NCBI RefSeq assembly: GCF_001458695.1
Contig: NZ_LN885086.1
Span: 2,730,001 to 2,762,000 of the forward strand
Length of the DNA stretch: 32,000 nt
From: Candidatus Nitrospira inopinata
Lineage (GTDB): Bacteria > Nitrospirota > Nitrospiria > Nitrospirales > Nitrospiraceae
Reading direction: 5' to 3'
Shown here: in pieces, positions 25,296 to 32,000 of the stretch
Numbering within the stretch: the first letter of the stretch is position 1
Layout: each line of letters starts with the position of its first letter
Position numbers and translations under genes: made by a program
Notes under the pieces: generated by a model
The model's database searches: none
What the model was told of the DNA's origin: nothing
What the model saw: only the letters and a program-made list of their open reading frames with translations

Positions 25296-25324
25296 ATCGT
25301 ACCCCACCCTCATGATGCTGTCAA
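25296..25324 (-). promoter_or_regulatory. Candidate sigma-70 promoter for trxA (TTGACA-N17-TACGAT on the minus strand)
   Basis: Reverse complement of 25319-25324 is TTGACA, followed by a 17-nt spacer, and the reverse complement of 25296-25301 is TACGAT. It lies about 50 nt upstream of the trxA start. Confidence 0.5.
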
Positions 25325-25398
25325 ATGCTCAAACCCGCCGTCGGCCGGCAAGACGTCCATATCAATCATCATCCATCATTCCAGGTTCTGAAACTCGC

Positions 25399-27861
25399 CT
25401 AACGGGATTCCGTTGCAACTCCTTCCGCCGCCGACGTTCGGTCCGTCCTGCCGTATTGTCCCCACGGCACATACCAGGGGAGGCCTTTCTCGCCCCACAA
25501 GAGAGGAGACAGGATCGATCGCATCACGGCGGTGCCGGTGTTCTCGGTCCAGCCCAATCCCGTCAGGCTCAGCATGAAGTTGAATTGCTGGCGATCGGGA
25601 AATTGCACGTAATAGAACCCCACCGACCAGCACTTGCAAGGATTTTGGTACAGCGCGACGACGTCGTATTCCGGACTTTTTCGTTGCTTCACGTCGTAGT
25701 AACCCTTGGCTCCGATCGTCCACCCCCAGGGGGTCCGAAACGCTCCCGACGCCGTCAGGAACAGAATTTCTCCCGTCGGCGCATAGACCTCGTTGAACGA
25801 GATGGGATTCCAGATATCTCCCCGCCTCACGCGAGGGCCGCTCCGAGAATAGCGTTGACCAACTTCGAGGTACCAATTGCTCTCCTCTTGCAGGCGGAAG
25901 TCAGTGTTGACCTGACTGACCGTGCCCTGATAGGGGTCGACAAACGCGTCCACGATCAAATATCGGTTGATCGGCGGTCGCTCGCCCGCCCCAAGCAGAC
26001 CCGCCGCGCGATCGAACCCCGCCGCGTCCAACTGGGACCTGACCACGTGAGGCATATTGTTGCCGATGACGGCGCGCACCCAGATGTCGGAAAATTTTCT
26101 GCCTTGGATGGGAACCGTTCTCGGTTGGATCGGCTGCGTGACCGATCCCAGAAACGGATCGACGCCCGGCGTAAAATCTCTCGCCAACGTCTGCACGCCC
26201 CCCACGTGATAACTTTGGGCGACCGTCAAATCCAGCCAATTGAAAGACCGCGCGTTGCTCTGCTCCAACACCCGGCTCCGAAACGCATAGGTCAAGAGAT
26301 TCTTCCGCGGCAAATCGTCGACTTGATCGATCAACGTCAAGTTCGATTGATCCGTCGCGGGCACATACTCATACGTCACCGTCGGTTCGATCGTGTGCAG
26401 CAGACTGCCGCCCCCCTCCAAACCGTAGCGGCGCGTCAATTTCGACATCGCATCGACTCCGATCCAAAAGGTCTCCCGATGTTGGGACGCGGCCGTCCGC
26501 GCGCCGCGACTGTAGTACACCTCACGGAACTTGGCCTGCGGCCGGACGCCGACCACGTGTCCGAAATCGATCACGTCCGTCGCGATCCCAGGAGCCACGT
26601 CCACGCGATTCAGCGTGAACCCCTGTTCGCGATAAAAATTGACGAAATTCCCTTCCGCACCGAACAGCAACGGAGAATTGAACAAAGACACTTCCGGCAG
26701 GTTGTAGCCCGCCTCAGGAAGGCGTTGAAACGTATCCCGCCCGCCGGCTTGCAGCGGCTGGAGGTATCGCCCCAGGAGATACAGATTGCCGTACGGCAAC
26801 CGCTGCGTCGCCAGCAGATTGGATTCATTGCTCGGCGAGGCCCTTAAGGTCCCGGAGTTGCTGAGCTGCTGAAAGTAATTCGGGTCGGTGACAATACCGA
26901 CGTTCGCCCGAAGCAGCAAGGTGTCGGTAAACATCTGCGTGTGACTGCCGGTGATCGTCGCGCGGGCGCGTTTGACATCTTCCGTCTGGCTCACCCCCGC
27001 CACGTTGGGCAACTCCGTCTGCTGGAGATATCCCACGTGCCACTGTCCGCGCGACTGCCGATTCAACACATAGCGGTAGTCAAAATCCGATCCGTAGCCG
27101 AGGTTGCTGTAATACTTCGGAGCGATCGTGAGGTCTTGGCTCGGATTGATCGCCCAATAGAAACTGGCTTGCGCATGGAACCCGAACCGATTGTCATACG
27201 AGACGACAGGAATCAGCAGACCGGTTTTCCGTCGGGTCAAGGGGTAGGTGAATCCGGGCACGGGAATCAGCGGCACGTCGTTGACGCAAAACCATCCGCG
27301 GCTGAACGACAACGTGTCGCCGATCCTGGCGTCAAGATCCTCAAACTTCAATCGCCAGGCCGGCACCTCCCCTTCCTGCGCGTCGCAGTTGGTGAAACTG
27401 CCTTCCTTGACCCGGTAGTGGGACTCGGAGAAACGTTGAAACAACCGGCCGGTCACGTACGAGTTGGTGGACGACGCAATGAGCCGGCCGTGGATCACGA
27501 CGCCTGCTTCGGTATTGACGTTCAATTCCAGCCGTTCGGCCGTGAGATCTGTTTGAGGGTCCGTCAGGTGAACATGGCCGCTGGCGGTGAGGATTCCCGG
27601 CAGCATGTGAATCGTCACGCGATCCGCCGTCAGCGTGATGGCTCCATAACGAACGACAACCGACCCTTCCGCCTCATACACCTCTTGGTCCTGTCGATAC
27701 TCCAAACGCGCCGCCGTAACATCCAACGGCGCGGAAGAGCGCGGCGGGCCGCCGGCATCCGTGTCTGTTTCGGCGGCAAACACTACGGGGGCGATCCAGA
27801 ACAGCGCTGCAACCACGGCAAGCATGCGAGATCGGCGCATCATCCGCCAGGAGCCCGGCAT
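25399..27861 (-). CDS. lptD: LPS-assembly outer-membrane protein LptD (OstA)
   Basis: 820 aa with a signal peptide (MLAVVAALFWIAPVVFA). The N-terminal OstA/LptA-like jellyroll segment reads TAARLEYRQDQEVYEAEGSVVVRYGAITLTADRVTI. The large C-terminal region is aromatic-rich and beta-barrel-like. Confidence 0.88.
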   Translation of the reverse strand: MPGSWRMMRRSRMLAVVAALFWIAPVVFAAETDTDAGGPPRSSAPLDVTAARLEYRQDQEVYEAEGSVVVRYGAITLTADRVTIHMLPGILTASGHVHLTDPQTDLTAERLELNVNTEAGVVIHGRLIASSTNSYVTGRLFQRFSESHYRVKEGSFTNCDAQEGEVPAWRLKFEDLDARIGDTLSFSRGWFCVNDVPLIPVPGFTYPLTRRKTGLLIPVVSYDNRFGFHAQASFYWAINPSQDLTIAPKYYSNLGYGSDFDYRYVLNRQSRGQWHVGYLQQTELPNVAGVSQTEDVKRARATITGSHTQMFTDTLLLRANVGIVTDPNYFQQLSNSGTLRASPSNESNLLATQRLPYGNLYLLGRYLQPLQAGGRDTFQRLPEAGYNLPEVSLFNSPLLFGAEGNFVNFYREQGFTLNRVDVAPGIATDVIDFGHVVGVRPQAKFREVYYSRGARTAASQHRETFWIGVDAMSKLTRRYGLEGGGSLLHTIEPTVTYEYVPATDQSNLTLIDQVDDLPRKNLLTYAFRSRVLEQSNARSFNWLDLTVAQSYHVGGVQTLARDFTPGVDPFLGSVTQPIQPRTVPIQGRKFSDIWVRAVIGNNMPHVVRSQLDAAGFDRAAGLLGAGERPPINRYLIVDAFVDPYQGTVSQVNTDFRLQEESNWYLEVGQRYSRSGPRVRRGDIWNPISFNEVYAPTGEILFLTASGAFRTPWGWTIGAKGYYDVKQRKSPEYDVVALYQNPCKCWSVGFYYVQFPDRQQFNFMLSLTGLGWTENTGTAVMRSILSPLLWGEKGLPWYVPWGQYGRTDRTSAAEGVATESR

Positions 27862-27862
27862 G

Positions 27863-29158
27863 CTATCCTCGCAGCACCGACGGCCTGCCGCCGCGCAAGG
27901 CCGCCTTCACGTCGCCGAGAAGCATCAGCGACCCCGTCACGCAAATAAGATCGCGCGCGGCCGCACGTTGCTTGGCCAGCCGAAGGGCTTCGGCCGGACA
28001 AGGCTCCTCCCAGACGGGGTTGGACCAGCCCTCAAGCGTGCGGCGAAGATCTTCCACGACGGCCGAGCGCGCCAGACCGGCCTGAGTCAACACGATTTCC
28101 GAGACGAAGGGCAGCAGGGGGGCGATAAAGGCGCGGCGGTCTTTGTCCCGCATCATGCCCCACACCAAGATCACGCGTGAATCCCGATGAGCGGCGTGAA
28201 ACTCGTCCAGATAGCGGGCCAGCGCGGCGGCGGCGGCGGGATTATGCGCTCCATCCAACAGCACCGGCGGCTCTTCATCGAGCATTTCCAACCGCCCTTC
28301 CCACGCGACGGACTGAAGCCCTTGTCGAACCGCATCTTCCCCTATCGACAGTCCTGATCGGCCGGCCGCTTCAAGCAACGCAATCGCGCAGGCGGCGTTG
28401 TCCAATTGATGCCGCCCGACAAGCCGGCAGCCAAGTCCGTCCATCGCCCATCTCGGCCCTCGATAGGTGAATCGGTCTGGCTCGTCTTCCGTTACGAAAA
28501 ATTCTCTCCCGAAGCTCCACAAGGGCGCCTCGCGCTGTGCGGCGACGCGCTCGATGACGGCTCCGGCACCCGCTCCAATCCGTCCCGCTACGATGGGAAC
28601 GCCCGGTTTGATGATGCCCGCCTTCTCGAAGGCGATCGCCTCTTCCGTGTGCCCCAAATACTCTTCGTGGTCCAAACCGATCGTCGTGATCGCGCAGGCA
28701 ATCGGCCGGACGACGTTCGTCGCATCGAATCGACCGCCTAATCCGACCTCGACGACCGCCACATCAACGCTCGAATCGGCAAAATAACGGAACGCAACGG
28801 CCGTCGTGACTTCGAAAAATGTCGGAGCGATCGACGGGGGAACGGTGCTCCGAACCATATCCACCAGTTCGGCCAGTTCGTCCTCTCCGATCATGCGACC
28901 GTTCACTTTGATCCGCTCGCGGAAGTCCACCAGGTGCGGGGAGGTGTACAGCCCCACTCGCAAGCCGGCCGCTTCGAGCATGGCTGCGGCCATGGCGGCC
29001 GTCGAACCCTTGCCGTTGGTGCCTCCGATGTGCAACACCCGCAGCCGCCGCTCTGGATTCCCGATCGCGCGCGCCAGCGACCGCATGGTTTCGAGACCCA
29101 GCTTGATCCCGTGTTTTTGGAGCCCGTACAGATAGGCGATGGCGGCGGGATAGGTCAT
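27863..29158 (-). CDS. folC: Bifunctional folylpolyglutamate synthase / dihydrofolate synthase
   Basis: HIGGTNGKGST P-loop, YTSPHLVDFRERI, VEVGLGGRFDATNV, DHEEYLG and LDGAHNP are Mur-ligase/FolC motifs. It sits immediately downstream of accD, an arrangement also known from E. coli. Confidence 0.93.
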   Translation of the reverse strand: MTYPAAIAYLYGLQKHGIKLGLETMRSLARAIGNPERRLRVLHIGGTNGKGSTAAMAAAMLEAAGLRVGLYTSPHLVDFRERIKVNGRMIGEDELAELVDMVRSTVPPSIAPTFFEVTTAVAFRYFADSSVDVAVVEVGLGGRFDATNVVRPIACAITTIGLDHEEYLGHTEEAIAFEKAGIIKPGVPIVAGRIGAGAGAVIERVAAQREAPLWSFGREFFVTEDEPDRFTYRGPRWAMDGLGCRLVGRHQLDNAACAIALLEAAGRSGLSIGEDAVRQGLQSVAWEGRLEMLDEEPPVLLDGAHNPAAAAALARYLDEFHAAHRDSRVILVWGMMRDKDRRAFIAPLLPFVSEIVLTQAGLARSAVVEDLRRTLEGWSNPVWEEPCPAEALRLAKQRAAARDLICVTGSLMLLGDVKAALRGGRPSVLRG

Positions 29159-29180
29159 CAGTCGGGGGAGCTGCGCACGG

Positions 29181-30017
29181 CTACAAATGAGACACGAGGG
29201 TGCTGACCGTCTCTTTGAGTTGCTTGCGTTCGACGATCATGTCGATCATCCCGTGTTCGAGAAGAAATTCAGCGCGTTGAAACTGATCCGGCAACTGTTG
29301 CTTGATCGTTTGCTGGATGACGCGGGGGCCAGCGAACCCGATCAACGCCTTGGGCTCGGCGATGATCACGTCGCCCAGCATCGCCACGCTGGCCGTGACG
29401 CCGCCAAACGTGGGATCGGACAGGATGGAAATGAACGGCAACTTCGCCTCGCCCAGCTTGGCGACGGCCGCCGACGTCTTGGCCATCTGCATCAGCGAGA
29501 GAATACCCTCCTGCATGCGTGCGCCACCGGAGGCGGTCACCAGAATGACCGGCAGCTTGGATTCCACAGCCCGATCGATGGCGCGGCAGAGTTTTTCTCC
29601 CACCACCGATCCCATGCTGCCGCCCATAAAGCCGAAGTCAAACACGCACAACACCGCCCGCTGGCCGTTGATCAGACCTTCGCCGACGACGAGCGCGTCT
29701 TTGCGGCCGGTTTTTTCCTGCTGAGTCTTGATCCGCTCGCGATAGGACTTCGTGTCGTGAAACTCCAGAGGGTCCTGCGCCTCCAACTCGGCGTCCCATT
29801 CCCGAAACGTCCCTAGGTCGACGAGCAATCCGATCCGCTCCATGACGGTAATCGGAAAATGGTAGTCGCACTTCGGGCAGACTTTGTTGTTGCGCTCCAC
29901 TTCCTTGCGGTAGACGATTTCCCGGCAGTGGTTGCATTTGAGCCACATCCCCTCGGCGCCCTTGGACCGAGGAGGAAGCGGTATCTCCGCCGATTTGTCT
30001 TTCTTAAACCATGCCAT
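29181..30017 (-). CDS. accD: Acetyl-CoA carboxylase carboxyltransferase beta subunit
   Basis: MAWFKK..., zinc ribbon [27 protein letters not shown], and [14 protein letters not shown]...SGGARMQEG. Start trimmed to the ATG at 30017 with an AAGGAG Shine-Dalgarno; the track ORF begins 13 codons upstream. Confidence 0.94.
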   Translation of the reverse strand: MAWFKKDKSAEIPLPPRSKGAEGMWLKCNHCREIVYRKEVERNNKVCPKCDYHFPITVMERIGLLVDLGTFREWDAELEAQDPLEFHDTKSYRERIKTQQEKTGRKDALVVGEGLINGQRAVLCVFDFGFMGGSMGSVVGEKLCRAIDRAVESKLPVILVTASGGARMQEGILSLMQMAKTSAAVAKLGEAKLPFISILSDPTFGGVTASVAMLGDVIIAEPKALIGFAGPRVIQQTIKQQLPDQFQRAEFLLEHGMIDMIVERKQLKETVSTLVSHL

Positions 30018-30141
30018 CCTTTGCTCCTTGCGAGAGGACGAACGACGATGGATCAAATGTTCCGCAAGCGCCGGCGCAGCATAGCATAATGCCCCCCATG
30101 ACGCACGTTCCCACGCCCTCGACAGAGGCTCCCATGAGACC

Positions 30142-30864
30142 TTATGGCACCGCAGCCGACAACGCCTGCCTCGTCAACATCCAGAGTCCGACACAGAGAC
30201 TGGCCGTGCCGGCCAGCCCTTGCAGTCCCGCGAAGGCCCGCCGGCTGAACGCCATCGAGTACACGAGCGGGAGGCTGATCGTCAATCCGACCGCCATCAT
30301 GCCGGCGATCGATCCGACGCCGAACACCGCGATGGACAACAACGCCGTCTTCAATTCCTGAGCGGAGGCCACGATCACGAGCATCAAGGCCGCCGATCCG
30401 GCCAACCCGTGCGCCATGCCGATGCAGAGGGGGCGAATGGAATCCGCCATCCAATGTCGGTGGTGATGATCGATCCGTCGGCGGTGACTATGCAAATGGA
30501 TATGGGCCCCATGACCGTGAGTGTGAGGATCGTGAGTATGAGGGTGGGCGTGCCACCGTTCGGTCAAAAGCTTGAAGATCAAGTTTCCGCCCAGCACGAC
30601 AAGCAAAACCCCGACTCCGGCTTCGGCGACAATTTCAAACCGCTCCGAAATACGGATTCCGAACGCGAAGACGATCGCTCCCACCGCCAGCAGCGTCGCC
30701 GTGTGGCCGATACCCCACCAGAAGCCCACGGCGCCGGACGCCCGGAGCGACGGTCGTTCGGCCAGCACCGTCGAGACGGCGGCCAGATGATCGGCGTCGA
30801 GCGCATGCCTCAGTCCCAACAGGAAGCCCAATCCCAATCCCGCGGTATACGAAGGCTCACTCAC
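30142..30864 (-). CDS. NicO-family nickel/cobalt transporter (HoxN/RcnA/UreH-like) with a His-rich loop
   Basis: The signature [13 protein letters not shown] (Hx4DH) sits in an early TM segment, with multiple hydrophobic segments overall. The central loop [33 protein letters not shown] (30454-30552) has 16 His in 33 residues. Confidence 0.8.
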   Translation of the reverse strand: MSEPSYTAGLGLGFLLGLRHALDADHLAAVSTVLAERPSLRASGAVGFWWGIGHTATLLAVGAIVFAFGIRISERFEIVAEAGVGVLLVVLGGNLIFKLLTERWHAHPHTHDPHTHGHGAHIHLHSHRRRIDHHHRHWMADSIRPLCIGMAHGLAGSAALMLVIVASAQELKTALLSIAVFGVGSIAGMMAVGLTISLPLVYSMAFSRRAFAGLQGLAGTASLCVGLWMLTRQALSAAVP

Positions 30865-30910
30865 GTCGTTGGTCTCTCCCCATCTCGGCGAACATCGACA
30901 TAGAGCGGAC

Positions 30911-31990
30911 CTATCCCCCCCGCGCGTGCATCTCGAGATGCGGATCTTCCCGCAACCGCTCGATCCCGATAAGACCGCTCTCCCGTGTCCCCGTCCGTTC
31001 CAGCTCCTTGCGCGCCTCGGCGCCGCGATCCCGACGCGATCCCCACCCGGTTCTGATTATCTCCCGAATCTGATCCGGTGTAGCACCCCCGCGCATCGGC
31101 CCGCGCAGGTCAATTCCCTCCAGGGCATAGAGACAGAGGTACCACATGCCGTCGGCCGTCACGCGGCTCCGATCGCACTGCGCGCAAAAGGGCGCCGTCG
31201 TGGAAGAGATGATGCCGAACGTCGTGCCATCCGCCAGCCGGTACCGTTGAGCCGGCGCCGACCCCCGACCTGAAATGGCCATAATCAAACCGTACCGCCG
31301 GTTCAATCCTTCCAACATCACGTCGCGCGACAGCACCTTGTCCATCGTCCACTCATTGGCCCCGCCGACGTCCATATATTCAATAAACCGCACCTCGGCG
31401 CCGATGTGTTTGGCAAATTCAATCAGGGGTGCAAGCTCATCGTCATTGAATCCGCGGATCATGACCGTATCAAGCTTGAGATCGGGAAACCCGACCGTCC
31501 GAGCCGCCTCAATCCCGTCCAGAACGCGGGCGAATTCATCCCGGCCGGTCAACCGCCGAAATCTTTCCGGTTTCAACGTGTCCAAACTCACGGTCACCCG
31601 ATGGAGCCCCGCGTCATAAAGCGCCTGTGCCTGCTCGGCCAGTAACACCCCGTTCGTCGTCAGGGCAATCTCCGTGATCCCTCGGTTCTGCGAGAGCAGC
31701 CGGACCAACCGCGGAAGGTCTCGCCGCAGGAGCGGCTCCCCGCCTGTCAGCCGGACCTTGTCCACTCCCAGGTCAACGAAATAGCCGGCTAGGGTCGCCA
31801 TCTCCTCGAAGCTCAACACATCTTCGCGGGGGAGCCACACATAGTCTTCTTCGGGCATGCAGTAGCGGCAGCGCAGGTTGCAGCGATCGGTCACGGAGAG
31901 CCTCAGGCTCCGAAGCGGCCGGCCGTAGAGATCTTGGACCGCTTCGCCCACGGCGTGACGGCGAGAAGACGAAAGAGAGAGGTCGTCCAT
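30911..31990 (-). CDS. moaA: GTP 3',8-cyclase MoaA (radical SAM, molybdenum cofactor biosynthesis)
   Basis: LRLSVTDRCNLRCRYCMPEE carries the CxxxCxxC radical-SAM cluster, followed by LTGGEPLLR. The C-terminal auxiliary cluster is FCAQCDRSRVTADGMWYLCL. The 359 aa include a basic C-terminal tail of roughly 30 aa. Confidence 0.94.
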   Translation of the reverse strand: MDDLSLSSSRRHAVGEAVQDLYGRPLRSLRLSVTDRCNLRCRYCMPEEDYVWLPREDVLSFEEMATLAGYFVDLGVDKVRLTGGEPLLRRDLPRLVRLLSQNRGITEIALTTNGVLLAEQAQALYDAGLHRVTVSLDTLKPERFRRLTGRDEFARVLDGIEAARTVGFPDLKLDTVMIRGFNDDELAPLIEFAKHIGAEVRFIEYMDVGGANEWTMDKVLSRDVMLEGLNRRYGLIMAISGRGSAPAQRYRLADGTTFGIISSTTAPFCAQCDRSRVTADGMWYLCLYALEGIDLRGPMRGGATPDQIREIIRTGWGSRRDRGAEARKELERTGTRESGLIGIERLREDPHLEMHARGG

Positions 31991-32000
31991 GTCCCGGTCA

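Noticed and set aside
25246-26847. 533-aa plus-strand ORF, the longest unannotated ORF in the track
   Set aside because: It lies entirely antisense to lptD, whose product has a signal peptide, an OstA domain and beta-barrel composition. The plus-strand product is extremely Arg/Pro-rich with no motifs, a typical shadow ORF in GC-rich DNA. The same reasoning applies to 26941-27948 (+).
1-32000. Search for CRISPR arrays, transposases, integrases, phage genes, toxin-antitoxin pairs, rRNA and tRNA
   Set aside because: I saw no regularly spaced direct repeats and no DDE, tyrosine or serine recombinase motifs in any frame. No RNA-gene signatures turned up in the few non-coding gaps. The window looks like core chromosome rather than an accessory island.

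Overview
GC-rich (roughly 58-60% by eye) bacterial chromosomal segment, densely packed with about 35 protein-coding genes in long co-directional blocks. I found no rRNA, tRNA, CRISPR array, transposase, integrase or phage genes. Most genes are recognisable housekeeping functions: clpC (5' part, minus strand, running off the left edge), nadK, an FprA/adrenodoxin-reductase-type flavoprotein, a GT2 polyprenyl-phosphate glycosyltransferase, cyclophilin PPIase, tatC, rimI, tsaB, radA, bcp, recN, trxA, lptD, folC, accD, a NicO-family Ni/Co transporter and moaA. The gene content (tandem DUF507 genes, many lipoproteins) would fit a Nitrospirota-like or similar diderm, but that is unverified inference. 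The least ordinary part is 16.7-23.2 kb. It holds two exported proteins, an NTF2-like two-domain protein and a protein carrying the full ligand pattern of eukaryotic PHM/DBH-type copper monooxygenases. These are followed by a GAF histidine kinase, a sigma-54 enhancer-binding response regulator with a GAFTDA (not GAFTGA) loop, and an HD-GYP response regulator. Secondary curiosities are a cyclophilin-like/DUF507/DUF507 cluster, an RNase H-like exonuclease + PP2C pair behind overlapping divergent promoters (possibly leaderless), and several structured intergenic elements. Many long ORFs in the supplied track are antisense shadows of real genes and were rejected. Several long-ORF starts were trimmed to internal starts with better Shine-Dalgarno context or homolog-like N-termini. 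Nothing here can be called a new system from sequence reading alone. The PHM-like gene and its neighbourhood are the best candidate for follow-up.
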